From: Bacillota bacterium
Lineage (GTDB): Bacteria > Bacillota > SHA-98 > Ch115
DNA: 64,000 nucleotides
Direction: 5' to 3'
NCBI GenBank assembly: GCA_013178415.1
Contig: JABLXA010000005.1
Location: 71,369 to 135,368, forward strand
The stretch's first letter is position 1; the number at the start of each line of letters is the position of its first letter. Position numbers and translations under genes: made by a program. Below, piece by piece: positions 10,642-20,725 of this stretch. The notes beneath the pieces were generated by a model. That model had not been told where the DNA came from. It saw only the letters and a program-made list of their open reading frames with translations, and searched no databases.

Positions 10642-11112
10642 TCAATTCTGGTCATTCGGCCTTTCCTTCAACAGCCGCTGCAACTCCTCGAGAAATCTAT
10701 CAATATCTTTGAACTGCCTGTAGACCGAAGCAAATCTTACATAGGCCACCTCATCTAGTGATCGAAGCCTGTCCATGACCAGTTCACCGATTTCCTGACT
10801 TCTCACCTCTCCTTCTAGCTTTCCTCTGAGTTCCCTTTCAACTTCATCCACCAACGATTCAAGCTGCCTGAGGGAGACAGCCCGTTTCTCACAAGCCTTG
10901 ATGAGCCCGCCCATGATCTTGGCGCGGTCAAAAGGTTCACGCCGGCCATCTTTTTTGACAACGATCAGCGGAATTTCCTCGATGACCTCATATGTAGTAA
11001 AACGGCGCTCACATCTTATACACTCCCTCCGGCGCCTGATGGCGGTTCCATCATCGGTGGCCCTGGAGTCGATTACCTTACTGTCAGGAGCGCCACAATA
11101 GGGACATTTCAT
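10642..11112 (-). CDS. nrdR: Transcriptional repressor NrdR
   Basis: MKCPYC...SKVIDSR...[10 protein letters not shown] zinc ribbon, ATP cone and [10 protein letters not shown]. Confidence 0.97.
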   Translation of the reverse strand: MKCPYCGAPDSKVIDSRATDDGTAIRRRRECIRCERRFTTYEVIEEIPLIVVKKDGRREPFDRAKIMGGLIKACEKRAVSLRQLESLVDEVERELRGKLEGEVRSQEIGELVMDRLRSLDEVAYVRFASVYRQFKDIDRFLEELQRLLKERPNDQN

Positions 11113-11206
11113 GGTGCGCTTCGCCTTCAATCACGATTGGCCAAATTAGAAACAGGCCGCTGCCAACATGATGATTTCGATGGTCACGGCACGGCTGTCT
11201 ACTTAA

Positions 11207-11235
11207 AGTATAAAGATTTGCCGCTGACAGCGCAA
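11207..11235 (-). promoter_or_regulatory. Putative sigmaA promoter for nrdR-MFP-yggS-sepF
   Basis: Minus strand TTGCGC-N17-TATACT. Confidence 0.6.
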
Positions 11236-11283
11236 CAACTCGGGCGGGCATAAAGTTGGCTGATAAGAGGCATATTATGATAG

Positions 11284-11553
11284 CTAGTCTACGAGAACGC
11301 CGCGGGGGTCCACAAGCTCATTCATCTCTACCAATATCACGTCCAACCCTATCTTCTTAATCCTTTCCCATGGGATGACATAATCTTTATACTTGCCAAG
11401 AGCCCTCAAAAACCTTCCGGGAGCAGGCACCATGATCGCCTTTATCCTCCCGGTCTCGAGATCAATCTCCAGGTCAGTGATCGGCCCAAGCCTTCGACCA
11501 TCAATGGTATTGACCACATCTCTCACCCGGAGCTCCGATGTTTTGACAATCAT
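11284..11553 (-). CDS. ylmC: YlmC/YmxH family PRC-barrel sporulation protein
   Basis: SELRVRDVVN..DGRRLG...DLEID..TGRI and IPWERIKKIG.DVILV motifs. Confidence 0.92.
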   Translation of the reverse strand: MIVKTSELRVRDVVNTIDGRRLGPITDLEIDLETGRIKAIMVPAPGRFLRALGKYKDYVIPWERIKKIGLDVILVEMNELVDPRGVLVD

Positions 11554-11582
11554 AGGTTCACCCCCGTGCAGCTCACACAGAC

Positions 11583-11610
11583 ATTATATGCTGCAGGGGT
11601 CGGCTGTGTT
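11583..11610 (-). promoter_or_regulatory. Putative mother-cell (sigmaK/sigmaE) promoter for ylmC
   Basis: Minus strand AACA-N16-CATATAAT. Confidence 0.55.
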
Positions 11611-11615
11611 ACCCA

Positions 11616-12332
11616 TCACTTATTATGTTTAACACTTGATATCACTAGGTCATGATAGAACAATGTAAGTGGGCTCATGAACCGGCTGAGGTTCTTGCTT
11701 GAAAAAATAAGGAGATTCTCTCGGGGCTGAAGGCCGGATGTGTTTACCATCGTCCCGAACCGCAGTTTGAGATCTTCAAGGTTGAGTTCGGGGCTGGCTC
11801 CGATCCTCATGCTTCCGGAATTCGCAGCTGTCTTCTTATCGCCATTTCTGTCCACAAAGCAAAGGGGTGGAAACAGAATGCACCACCAATTGGCGCCCTG
11901 CCCTTTTCCCAGAACGATGCGGAGGGCATCATAATCACCCTCAGGTAAAAAGACATCTCCATAGGCCTTCGCAGGAAAATGCATCCTGCCTATTTCAGCA
12001 CTTACAGGGTATTTGTCTCCCTGTTCATTCACTACCTGTGCAGCAGCCTGTGAGAATTCCTCGAGATGCTGCTGCAAAACCCTTTGAGCCTGCTCCTTGC
12101 TGCTTATTTCATCGAACAGATCATATGCCTTCTCCAGGACAGCATCCCGCACTTTCAGTTTCACCTCTTGATCGTGGGGAAGATTGCTATTGGCGACTAC
12201 ATGAAGACGGATGAGATTGTCCCAGGTGTAGGCACAGTCCGATGCGCTATTCGTTCCCGGACGGTATGTCAATATAATCAACGTCAAGGTTATGAAAAGA
12301 ATTAGTGCAGCCGTGACTACTCTGATTTTCAC
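11616..12332 (-). CDS. spoIIR: Stage II sporulation protein R
   Basis: Signal peptide; IRLHVVANS...DQ.VKLKVRD, FP.K.YG...LP.G.Y.ALRIVLG.G.G.NWWC.LFPPLCF motifs. Confidence 0.95.
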   Translation of the reverse strand: MKIRVVTAALILFITLTLIILTYRPGTNSASDCAYTWDNLIRLHVVANSNLPHDQEVKLKVRDAVLEKAYDLFDEISSKEQAQRVLQQHLEEFSQAAAQVVNEQGDKYPVSAEIGRMHFPAKAYGDVFLPEGDYDALRIVLGKGQGANWWCILFPPLCFVDRNGDKKTAANSGSMRIGASPELNLEDLKLRFGTMVNTSGLQPRENLLIFSSKNLSRFMSPLTLFYHDLVISSVKHNK

Positions 12333-12366
12333 GCCGACCTACCTCCATAGATGATTGCGCAGCCAC

Positions 12367-13140
12367 CTACATACACTTGCGCATATGTTTCAGAGCCGCT
12401 TTCTCGAGCCTCGAGACCTGGGCTTGCGATATTCCGATCTCTTCAGCTACCTCCATCTGTGTCTTGCCTTCAAAGAATCTGAGTCTCAATATGTTCTTTT
12501 CCCGCTCCGACAGTTTTTCCATTGCTTCTCGAATGGCAATTCCTTCAAGCCAGTTGTTGTCCTGATTCTTCTCATCTTTCACCTGATCCATCACGAAAAT
12601 CGGATCACCCCCATCATGATAGATAGGTTCAAAGAGAGAAATGGGATCCTGGATGGCATCCAGGGCATAGACCACTTCTTCCTCTGGGAGTCCTAGCTCA
12701 TTTGCGATCTCATTTACCGACGGTTCCCTAGAATTTCTTGTAACCAACTGATCTCGTACCTGCAGCGCCTTGTAAGCCGTGTCCCTCAGAGACCTGCTGA
12801 CCCTGATGGAATTATTATCCCTGAGATACCGTCTTATCTCGCCTATTATCATCGGAACGGCATAGGTAGAGAACTTGACATTTTGATTAAGATCAAAATT
12901 GTCAATCGCCTTTATGAGACCGATGCACCCTACCTGAAAGAGGTCATCCACATATTCTCCTCTGTTGTTGAACCTCTGGATGACGCTCAGCACAAGCCGG
13001 AGATTGCCATAAATCAGCTTGTCCCTGGCAGAAGTATCCCCTTTCTGGGCTCTGGCCAGTAATTCCCTCATTTTTTGGCTGGATAATACTGGAAGCCTTG
13101 AAGTATTAACACCGCAAATCTCTACTTTGCTGACCAGCAT
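12367..13140 (-). CDS. sigG: RNA polymerase sporulation sigma factor G
   Basis: KVEICGVNTSRLPVL, NLRLVLSVIQRF and DDLFQVGCIGL. Start at ATG 13140 behind GGAGGGG. Confidence 0.97.
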   Translation of the reverse strand: MLVSKVEICGVNTSRLPVLSSQKMRELLARAQKGDTSARDKLIYGNLRLVLSVIQRFNNRGEYVDDLFQVGCIGLIKAIDNFDLNQNVKFSTYAVPMIIGEIRRYLRDNNSIRVSRSLRDTAYKALQVRDQLVTRNSREPSVNEIANELGLPEEEVVYALDAIQDPISLFEPIYHDGGDPIFVMDQVKDEKNQDNNWLEGIAIREAMEKLSEREKNILRLRFFEGKTQMEVAEEIGISQAQVSRLEKAALKHMRKCM

Positions 13141-13186
13141 ATTGGATCCCCTCCGGCCATTTCCAAAATCTCTCATTCATATTACA

Positions 13187-13215
13187 AGTATTGCCTTTGA
13201 GAACCCTTTTTATAC
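13187..13215 (-). promoter_or_regulatory. sigmaF/sigmaG promoter of sigG
   Basis: Minus strand GTATA-N15-GGCAATACT, a near-perfect sigmaF consensus at the expected position. Confidence 0.8.
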
Positions 13216-13309
13216 TTTACAGCTGTAGAGAATAGGAGTGAATCGCGTGGGGAGGCTTCCCAACTGAGGATGAGGAAGGAAAGCGGGGAAGGCGGGCAGA
13301 AGATGGGCC

Positions 13310-14095
13310 CTATTCTGCTCGTCTTATCTCCCGCCGCAGCTTTCGAATAATTCTCTTCTCAAGGCGAGATATGTATGATTGAGATATTCCAAGGAGATCG
13401 GCTACCTCCTTCTGCGTCTTTTCAACTCCGTCACCAAGACCAAACCTGAGCTCCACTATCTTCTGTTCGCGCCCTGTGAGTCTCTTCATGGCAGTATTGA
13501 GCAAAGACTTCTCGAGCTCTTCCTCCAGCCTTCTATAAACTATATCGTTATCAGTCCCCATCACATCGGAAAGCAAGAGTTCATTTCCGTCCCAATCGAC
13601 GTTGAGTGGTTCATCAAAAGATACTTCTGAGCGTATCCTAGAATTTCTTCTGAGATACATCAAGATCTCATTTTCTATACAGCGCGACGCATAAGTGGCG
13701 AGCTTGATCCGCTTTCTCGGGTCGAAGGTGTTTACCGCCTTGATGAGGCCAATTGTCCCAATGGAAACAAGATCTTCAACCCCGATGCCTGTATTCTCAA
13801 ATTTACGCGCAATATATACAACCAGGCGCAAATTGCGCTCTATCAATTCTCCTCTGACACGCTTATCCCCGACAGCAAGGCGCCCCAGGAGCGCAACCTC
13901 CTCGTCAGGAGAAAGCGGCGGTGGCAGTGCCTCACTCGAGCCAATATATAGGATTATCGGCCTAGGCGCCAGTCCGCACCGCATGGCGAAAATGGTCAAT
14001 CTCAGTCGCATCGAGGGACCGATCTTCTTCACACGTTTTTTAATTCGCGAAAGGCTACGCGTAACCCATGCATAGACACGATATGCTGAATACAT
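13310..14095 (-). CDS. sigE: RNA polymerase sporulation sigma factor E (pro-sigmaE)
   Basis: [32 protein letters not shown] and [19 protein letters not shown]. Start ATG 14095 behind GGGGGAG (alternative starts possible). Confidence 0.96.
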   Translation of the reverse strand: MYSAYRVYAWVTRSLSRIKKRVKKIGPSMRLRLTIFAMRCGLAPRPIILYIGSSEALPPPLSPDEEVALLGRLAVGDKRVRGELIERNLRLVVYIARKFENTGIGVEDLVSIGTIGLIKAVNTFDPRKRIKLATYASRCIENEILMYLRRNSRIRSEVSFDEPLNVDWDGNELLLSDVMGTDNDIVYRRLEEELEKSLLNTAMKRLTGREQKIVELRFGLGDGVEKTQKEVADLLGISQSYISRLEKRIIRKLRREIRRAE

Positions 14096-14120
14096 TTTGA
14101 TCTCCCCCCGACAATTCATG

Positions 14121-15026
14121 TCATGACGCTGACTCAAGCACCTCGGGGTGCAGCAACGCAGAAAAGCCCCCTTCAGATGACAGAGAACGCGTATGGATTC
14201 CGATCACTACATTACGGTTTACCATGCCTCTCCTTCCCTCTAGCAGTTTGACACTGTCGGCGCGGAACCCGACTAGCATCCCCTTTTCCTTGCCAATAGA
14301 AGAAAACGGTATCAAACGAAATCTAGATGACCATCCTGAAGAAAGGATGCACTCGGAGGCCGTTCCCAGGTCACCAGACTCAAAGGCCATAAAGGCTCTC
14401 CGTATCGCGTCCGGCAGGATATACACTATCGCCTGATATTCCAGGATTATCACAGGCGCCCCAGTGATAGGGTCACGCAGCCGGTTACCTGTATCAATTA
14501 AAGCGTTGACAGATATCTTTTGTTCGCCAAACCATATTTCTATGGGGACAAAGAAAAGCCAGTCCCGAATCCGTCGGTGGACCAGACCCCACCCTAACTC
14601 CGCTACGATGAGGATGGTCCCCAGCGCTCCTATGAACGCGGGTATGCTAGCTCCGCCGGTCAGATATGAAACGGCCATCCCACCTCCGCCGCCGATGATA
14701 CTGACTACATAGACATAAGCGCATGCCACGCAGAAGCGATCGATCCCCATGTAGCCGAGGCTGATCCACGTTGCGGGAATTATGGTCACAAGAGCCAGGA
14801 TAGCAGCAGGAGGTATTCCGATGATGTCCATAAAGATCAGAGAAAGCAATATCACATCTACTATAGACGCGAAAAGTGAGCCCAGCAGGAGAGAACCGCA
14901 TTTGGTTTTGAGTCCTAAGATCCCCGAGCTCGCCCACAGGACTAAATAGTGCATGATGAAGCTCAACCCGCCGCTAATAGAAATATCAGAGAAGAATGCC
15001 GGCACTCTACCGCCCCCAGTTGACAC
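14121..15026 (-). CDS. spoIIGA: Pro-sigmaE processing aspartic protease
   Basis: Multi-TM N-terminus, [11 protein letters not shown] catalytic motif and RLIPFSSIG; directly upstream of sigE. Confidence 0.92.
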   Translation of the reverse strand: MSTGGGRVPAFFSDISISGGLSFIMHYLVLWASSGILGLKTKCGSLLLGSLFASIVDVILLSLIFMDIIGIPPAAILALVTIIPATWISLGYMGIDRFCVACAYVYVVSIIGGGGGMAVSYLTGGASIPAFIGALGTILIVAELGWGLVHRRIRDWLFFVPIEIWFGEQKISVNALIDTGNRLRDPITGAPVIILEYQAIVYILPDAIRRAFMAFESGDLGTASECILSSGWSSRFRLIPFSSIGKEKGMLVGFRADSVKLLEGRRGMVNRNVVIGIHTRSLSSEGGFSALLHPEVLESAS

Positions 15027-15041
15027 CGACTTCCTCTCTTA

Positions 15042-15074
15042 ATTATACGGGTCGGCATACGCGAAATATGTCAT
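15042..15074 (-). promoter_or_regulatory. spoIIG-type sigmaA promoter with over-long spacer (Spo0A-dependent type)
   Basis: Minus strand ATGACA-N21-TATAAT. The B. subtilis spoIIG promoter has a similarly long spacer. Confidence 0.65.
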
Positions 15075-15103
15075 TCGCTGAAGAGAGCCAGGACTTCAAA
15101 TTC

Positions 15104-15132
15104 AAACAAAAAGAGAGGCATGGATGCCTCTC
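15104..15132 (-). terminator. Intrinsic terminator after ftsZ
   Basis: Minus strand GAGAGGCA-TCCA-TGCCTCTC-TTTTTGTTT. Confidence 0.88.
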
Positions 15133-15191
15133 CTCGCTATAATTCGATTATTCGGACTAACCTGCCGGATACCGGACTCGAGGCCTATCTT

Positions 15192-16241
15192 CTATCTACG
15201 ACCTCGCCTCAAGAAGGCCGGGATCTCAAGATCATCCGTGGCAAAAGGCTTTATCTGAACCTCCTCGAGCCCGATATCATCGCTCCTTCGCTCCTCAAAT
15301 CCCGTGGCTATCACGGTAACTCGGACTTCATCGCGAAGACTCTCATCTATCATAGCCCCAAAGATTATATTGGCATCAGGGTCGGCCGCCTCTGCCACTA
15401 TTTGCGCAGCGTCATTGACCTCGAACAGCCCGAGATTCGACCCGCCGGTGATATTCAGAAGAACACCCTTGGCGCCCTCTATCGACGCCTCGAGGAGCGG
15501 ACTCGATATAGCTGCACGGGCCGCCTGCACTGCGCGATCGTCGCCGCTTGCGACTCCAATGCCCATGATGGCAGAACCTGCATTGCTCATGATAGTGCGA
15601 ACATCAGCAAAGTCCACGTTGATCAGGCCGGGTACAGTTATAAGGTCAGAGATTCCCTGCACTCCCTGACGCAGAACATCATCGGCAATTCTGAAAGCTT
15701 CGAGCATCGATGTCTTTTTCTCCACTACCTGAAGAAGGCGATCGTTAGGGATCGTTATCAATGCATCAACCTTATCGTGCATATTGTCATACCCCTTCTG
15801 CGCTTGAGCCATACGCCGCCGTCCTTCAAACGAAAAGGGTTTGGTCACCACGCCTACCGTGAGACAGCCGATCTCCCTTGCAATAGCCGCGATCACTGGC
15901 GCAGCCCCGGTGCCCGTTCCCCCGCCAAGGCCCGCCGTGAGAAAGATCATATCAGCGCCTTCCATGGCACGCTTAAGGACTTCCTTCGATTCCTCCGCAG
16001 CCTCTTGACCTATCTCGGGATTCGATCCAGCACCCAGGCCCTTCGTACGTTTCTCTCCTATTTGTATCTTCGTCGGAGCTTTGGAAAGAGTAAGAGCCTG
16101 GGCGTCTGTATTGACTGCTATGAATTCTACTCCTGTCAATTCCGACTCTATCATTCGATTTACTGCATTGGACCCTCCACCGCCGACGCCAATAACCTTT
16201 ATGTTTGTGAACTGTTCCATCTGTAATTCCATATCGAACAC
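15192..16241 (-). CDS. ftsZ: Cell division GTPase FtsZ
   Basis: [32 protein letters not shown] and C-terminal [12 protein letters not shown] 16241 lies behind GGAGGGG. Confidence 0.98.
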   Translation of the reverse strand: MFDMELQMEQFTNIKVIGVGGGGSNAVNRMIESELTGVEFIAVNTDAQALTLSKAPTKIQIGEKRTKGLGAGSNPEIGQEAAEESKEVLKRAMEGADMIFLTAGLGGGTGTGAAPVIAAIAREIGCLTVGVVTKPFSFEGRRRMAQAQKGYDNMHDKVDALITIPNDRLLQVVEKKTSMLEAFRIADDVLRQGVQGISDLITVPGLINVDFADVRTIMSNAGSAIMGIGVASGDDRAVQAARAAISSPLLEASIEGAKGVLLNITGGSNLGLFEVNDAAQIVAEAADPDANIIFGAMIDESLRDEVRVTVIATGFEERRSDDIGLEEVQIKPFATDDLEIPAFLRRGRR

Positions 16242-16258
16242 GACCCTACCCCTCCCGA

Positions 16259-17539
16259 TCAAAAAAGCTCCTTGAGCCAATCAAGGAATTGATCGAAGAT
16301 ATTCCCCGCCCTGGCGCGAGCCAGGGGCCCGGTATTATTGCCTGCATGCATGCGGGCGCCATATTTGGCAACCCCGATCCCCCCTGCAAGAGAAGGATCC
16401 GACGCTAAATCAGAAAAGCCTATGACATTTCTGGGAGTGCCCAATCTCACCGGCAGGTGGAACACCTCTTGGATCAGTTCCAGCGCGCCGGGCGTATTCA
16501 CGACGCCGCCCACCGCCAACACTCCACATGGGACCATACCACGGACTATGAAGGAATGCACTTGCTGTTCAGCCATTTCCACCAATTCCCTGAGCCTGGC
16601 TTCAATGATATAAGAGAGCATCTCGCCCTTTCCGGCCGGCTGCTGCCTGCCCCTACCTTTGGGAATAAAGTCGCTTCTACCATGATCTGGCTCATTCACG
16701 ACCAGAGACGAATCAATGATCCTTTGCCTGGCAGACGCTATCTCCTCTTGCGCCCGACGATATTCGCGCTTGAGCCGCTCTGCATCCGCCAAAGGGATAC
16801 GGAGCCCGACAGCTAGATCGCTTGTGATATTCTGACCGCCGGCAGGAATCACGGATTGATGCAGGAGACGCCCGTCACCCAGCACAGCCACGTGGGTAGC
16901 GCCCCCGCCTATATCCAGAATGATTACACCGGCATCCTTTTCCTCAGGATCCAAGATCGCTTCGCCGGTGGCCATTATCTGGAGCACCTTCCCATAAACC
17001 TCAAGCCCGGCCAGCTCAACGCTCTTCTGGATATTCTGCGCCATAGTGAGCATTCCCGTGATGATCTGGACCTCCACCTCGAGTCTGGTGCCCTTCATCC
17101 CGACAGGTTCCCTTATTCCTCTACATCCATCGATTATGTATTCTGAAGGCAAGATATGTAAAATCTCACGATCCGGCGGCACCAAAGAAAGCTTTGCCGC
17201 ATGCAATACCCTCTCCACGTCCCTGGAGCTGATCTCATGGTTATCATGGGTAATGGCTATCATGCCATGGCTGTCCTGGCATGTCACATGCAAAGAAGGA
17301 ACGCCCACATAGACGCCTTCGATATCGACGCCTGACATGCGCTCAGCTAGCTCCACAGCTTCGGAGATTGCCTGAGCGGCAGATGCCAGCTCTACCACGA
17401 TGCCCTTCTTGACGCCTTTGGAAGGGGCGACACCGATGCCGATGATTTCCGCGTCTCCTGTCTGCCCTGACTCGATTATAACAACTGCAGTCTTCGTGGT
17501 TCCGATATCCAGTCCCGCCATTATTTCCCTGCCAGGCAA
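16259..17539 (-). CDS. ftsA: Cell division protein FtsA
   Basis: [30 protein letters not shown] and AERLK; C-terminal amphipathic FLDWLKELF. Confidence 0.95.
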   Translation of the reverse strand: MPGREIMAGLDIGTTKTAVVIIESGQTGDAEIIGIGVAPSKGVKKGIVVELASAAQAISEAVELAERMSGVDIEGVYVGVPSLHVTCQDSHGMIAITHDNHEISSRDVERVLHAAKLSLVPPDREILHILPSEYIIDGCRGIREPVGMKGTRLEVEVQIITGMLTMAQNIQKSVELAGLEVYGKVLQIMATGEAILDPEEKDAGVIILDIGGGATHVAVLGDGRLLHQSVIPAGGQNITSDLAVGLRIPLADAERLKREYRRAQEEIASARQRIIDSSLVVNEPDHGRSDFIPKGRGRQQPAGKGEMLSYIIEARLRELVEMAEQQVHSFIVRGMVPCGVLAVGGVVNTPGALELIQEVFHLPVRLGTPRNVIGFSDLASDPSLAGGIGVAKYGARMHAGNNTGPLARARAGNIFDQFLDWLKELF

Positions 17540-17577
17540 ATCAAGCCCCCCCTGGCCAGACTCACATCAAAGACTAC

Positions 17578-17604
17578 ATTCAACAAGGCCTTATGATTTC
17601 CTTC
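17578..17604 (-). promoter_or_regulatory. sigmaH promoter of ftsAZ
   Basis: Minus strand GAAGGA-N17-GAAT, matching the sigmaH consensus RNAGGA...GAAT. B. subtilis ftsAZ has a sigmaH promoter. Confidence 0.72.
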
Positions 17605-17935
17605 TGCTGCCCTCCAGGAGGTGTCTCCTTATGTAGCCCACATTAGTGAATATTCGAATGCTGAATGCCACCGTTGCCCCCAGAAGCAGGTCAACACCCA
17701 GCTTATCGCCAGCATATGTCAACAGCGCGGCAAGGAATGTATTAGTAAAAAAACCGCTAAGAAATATAACTCCATCAAATGTCCCCTCTTGCCCGGATCT
17801 TATGCCGCCGAAAATCGAATCCAGAGCCGCAAGGATGGCTATGGCCATATAATCAGCATAGCCAGTGGGAAGTTGGACGGGGGTAAATATGCCGATGATG
17901 ATACCAATAATGAGACCCAGAACCGCAAGGATCAT
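17591..17935 (-). CDS. sbp: Small basic protein (DUF1290)
   Basis: AIAILAALDSIFGGIR, F.SGFFTN..LAALL...GDKLGVDL and RIF.N...IRR motifs; located before ftsA. Confidence 0.9.
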   Translation of the reverse strand: MILAVLGLIIGIIIGIFTPVQLPTGYADYMAIAILAALDSIFGGIRSGQEGTFDGVIFLSGFFTNTFLAALLTYAGDKLGVDLLLGATVAFSIRIFTNVGYIRRHLLEGSRRKS

Positions 17936-18672
17936 TGAACCTCGCCCCCTGGACTAACAGGTTTCGCATACTTGAAATAAAGACTTCCGTTGTAACCCGG
18001 GACAGTGATACTAGCTGATTGCGTTATCTTGACTTGGATACCCCAGGCCTTGAGAGTGTCAATTATGCCATCTCGCATATGAAGCGCGCTATCTAGGGTC
18101 TTCGGGTCTCCAATGGCCATTATCAAATAAGGGGGCCCGATACGAGTATTGTTTACTGATATGGTAGGCCCGGCACAGCGGATCTCACTGGTCGCGATGA
18201 GTCTCTGGCCATTGACCGAAATCGCCTCGGCCCCTGCTGCAAAGAGTTCATTTGTCACCTTCAGGATATCTTCGTCGTGGACAAGGAAAAGATCGGCGCC
18301 TTCCCCGGGCTGAGCCTGTTTCCTGCTATCATCCAGGGTTACGATGACGCCCGGTCCCGTCACTTTCACAAGCCCCGCCACCATTTCCACCCTTGCCAAC
18401 TCCTGGCGGACCGTCTCGACCGCATGCTCACCTTCCCAGGATTTGACCAGCTGCTGTCTCAGGACAGCTACCTCGTTCTCCAACGCCTCTCGCTGCGATT
18501 CGGCCTTTCTCAGCATATCGGTCAAATCCTCGAGCCGCCTTGTAGGGACCATACTGGTCTCGATATATTCCTGGGTGCGAATCTGTGCAACAAGCAAGAC
18601 TCCTAAGACTATGCAAACAATGGCGACATATAACTGCCATTTTTTAGCGCCCACTCCCGGTACCCTCCCCAA
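17932..18672 (-). CDS. DUF881 (YlxW/YlxX) family protein
   Basis: TM plus coiled coil, then GPGVIVTLDD, VHDED...NEL.AAGAEAISVNGQR, IRCAG and AIGDP. Confidence 0.9.
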   Translation of the reverse strand: MGRVPGVGAKKWQLYVAIVCIVLGVLLVAQIRTQEYIETSMVPTRRLEDLTDMLRKAESQREALENEVAVLRQQLVKSWEGEHAVETVRQELARVEMVAGLVKVTGPGVIVTLDDSRKQAQPGEGADLFLVHDEDILKVTNELFAAGAEAISVNGQRLIATSEIRCAGPTISVNNTRIGPPYLIMAIGDPKTLDSALHMRDGIIDTLKAWGIQVKITQSASITVPGYNGSLYFKYAKPVSPGGEVQ

Positions 18673-18699
18673 AGAAAGAGAGATTGCTCACTTGAACTA

Positions 18700-18727
18700 A
18701 TTATATCGTTCCAGGAGCTTTTGTCGA
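18700..18727 (-). promoter_or_regulatory. Putative internal sigmaA promoter for DUF881-sbp-ftsAZ, overlapping a Spo0A-box-like heptamer
   Basis: Minus strand TCGACA-N16-TATAAT. The plus strand has TGTCGAG (one mismatch to TGNCGAA) over the -35. Confidence 0.5.
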
Positions 18728-18760
18728 GGGGAAATGAAGGGGAAGATATGAGGCCCGAGC

Positions 18761-19534
18761 CTATCTCTCCCTTACCACCGGCCTATCTGTGGCTCTAAGG
18801 TCTATCAACCTCACGCTCCGCCCTTCTTCATGTATCTTCGACAAAAGCGCCTCAAAAATGACGGCCTTCCGTTTCATCTCCGAAGCCGGGGCCAAGCCGA
18901 ATATTGCCCGGACGCCTTCAGGAAGTATCACTTCCACCCCACCGGCATCGGTCACACAGACCTGCGAGATTCTCGAACGAAATGAAGGAGTAAAAGAATC
19001 GAGCAAGGACAACGCCTCCTTGTCTCCATGAAATCTGATTTGCGCGCCAACCCTGGCGCTTTCCACATTCACTCCTGCCAGAATAGGCATGGTGGCAAGC
19101 TTCACGGTGCTGGATACGCCTAGGACCACGCCATCAGAAGCGATTTCAAGATAATATCCACCATGAGGGACCATTAGCAACGGGTAGCGCTCCTTGATGG
19201 TGACCAGAATAGTAGAAGGAAGCTTCCTCCTCACGCTGGCGCTGGAAATGCGAGGGTTTTTCATCAAAAGAGAGGCTACTTTGCTAGGGCTCACTTCAAG
19301 GATATTCTGCCCCATTTTCAGCGAGGAATCCAGGATCACTTCCTCTCGGGATAGAAAGCTTGTCCCATTCACTTGTATCTTTGAAATATTGAATAATGGA
19401 GAACGGAGAAAACTGAACAAGGCAAGAACGCCCAGGGAAATGATGGTAAGCCTTATCATGCCACTCTTACGATCTTTGCGCCTAGAGATGCCAGTTTCTC
19501 TGCCATACGTTCGTATCCGCGTTCGATGTGCCAT
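18761..19534 (-). CDS. ftsQ: Cell division protein FtsQ/DivIB
   Basis: TM, then POTRA (SPLFNISKIQVNG...NPRI.SASVRRKLPSTI.V.I.ER) and C-terminal IDLR. Alternative start ATG 19459 overlaps the murA stop (ATGA). Confidence 0.88.
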   Translation of the reverse strand: MAHRTRIRTYGRETGISRRKDRKSGMIRLTIISLGVLALFSFLRSPLFNISKIQVNGTSFLSREEVILDSSLKMGQNILEVSPSKVASLLMKNPRISSASVRRKLPSTILVTIKERYPLLMVPHGGYYLEIASDGVVLGVSSTVKLATMPILAGVNVESARVGAQIRFHGDKEALSLLDSFTPSFRSRISQVCVTDAGGVEVILPEGVRAIFGLAPASEMKRKAVIFEALLSKIHEEGRSVRLIDLRATDRPVVRER

Positions 19535-20706
19535 ATATTACTCACCCTCGTCACGCCATCAGCTGCAAGGCCTGCTAACACAAGAGCAGCGCCTCCGCGC
19601 AGGTCTGGGGCCTCCACATCCGCCCCGAGAAGCTTGCTTTTGCCATGTATTATCGCAACCCGGCCCTCGAGCTTTATGTCAGCACCCATCCGCCTGAGCT
19701 CTTCAATATATCTGAACCTGTTTGGGAAGATATTTTCCGTGATGATGCTCGTTCCCTGGGCAAACGATAGGAGGGCCGACATCTGGGGCTGCATGTCAGT
19801 AGGGAAACCAGGGTATGGTAGAGATCGGATGCTTATGGCCTTTATGGGTCCCCTTGCCATCACCCTCATCCTTGAATCTTCTTCTATTATTTCGACCCCT
19901 GCTTCCCTGAGCTTTGATGTTACCGCGTTTACATGCTCTGGTATGACATTTTCAACCCAGGCATCTCCGCCGGTGATGGCAACAGCAACCACCATTGTAC
20001 CCGCTTCGATCCGGTCCGGAATCGGCTGGTACTCTGTTCCAATAAGCCGTTTTACACCATGGATCTTGATAGTATCGGTTCCCGCCCCCTGCACCTTCGC
20101 TCCCATTTTATTGAGGAAGTTCTGCTGGTCGACGATCTCCGGCTCGCGGGCGGCGTTACGTATTATGGTGGTACCTTCTGCAAGACATGCTGCCATCATA
20201 ATGTTCTCCGTGGCGCCAACACTGGGGAAATCTAAGTGGATCTCGGCGCCGGTAAGCTTGCTGGCAGACGCGCAGATGAATCCTCTCTCATCATTAATGT
20301 TCGCTCCAAGTGCCCGAAACCCTTTCAGGTGAAGATCTATAGGACGGGGTCCGATATCACAGCCGCCGGGCTGTAAAACCCTGGCTCTGCCGAGACGAGC
20401 TAGGAGTGGCCCTAATACCTGGATCGAGGCCCTCATCTCACGCACGAGATTCTCTGGAGCCTCCCATGACGATAGCGCCGAGGGATCGACTATGATTGTA
20501 TCACTGCCTTTGTATTCTACCTTGGCCCCCAAACCACGCAGCACTCCTATCATAGTCTTGACATCTGTTATATCAGGCATGTTCGAGATCATCGACGGGC
20601 TCTCAGCAAGAAGAGAAGCAGCCATCAATTTGAGCGCCGAATTCTTGGCGCTGCTCACCCTGACCGCGCCATGAAGTGGAGCGCCCCCAGAAATTTCATA
20701 TCGCAT
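19456..20706 (-). CDS. murA: UDP-N-acetylglucosamine 1-carboxyvinyltransferase
   Basis: AKNSAL, MRAS, PGGCDIGPRPIDLH (catalytic Cys), SVGATEN, PGFPTDMQ and DLRGGAAL. Confidence 0.97.
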   Translation of the reverse strand: MRYEISGGAPLHGAVRVSSAKNSALKLMAASLLAESPSMISNMPDITDVKTMIGVLRGLGAKVEYKGSDTIIVDPSALSSWEAPENLVREMRASIQVLGPLLARLGRARVLQPGGCDIGPRPIDLHLKGFRALGANINDERGFICASASKLTGAEIHLDFPSVGATENIMMAACLAEGTTIIRNAAREPEIVDQQNFLNKMGAKVQGAGTDTIKIHGVKRLIGTEYQPIPDRIEAGTMVVAVAITGGDAWVENVIPEHVNAVTSKLREAGVEIIEEDSRMRVMARGPIKAISIRSLPYPGFPTDMQPQMSALLSFAQGTSIITENIFPNRFRYIEELRRMGADIKLEGRVAIIHGKSKLLGADVEAPDLRGGAALVLAGLAADGVTRVSNIWHIERGYERMAEKLASLGAKIVRVA

Positions 20707-20725
20707 TTGATATTCGCACCTCCGG

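Noticed and set aside
15120..16226. 368-aa plus-strand ORF
   Set aside because: It is the antisense shadow of ftsZ, with no recognisable motif or SD. Long antisense ORFs are common opposite conserved genes.
19526..20332. 268-aa plus-strand ORF (and similar ones at 1166-1852, 27239-27862, 35388-36131 and 42245-42874)
   Set aside because: These lie antisense to well-supported genes (murA, pyrC, murF, ymdB/hypothetical, cinA). They have shadow-like composition and no domain signal.
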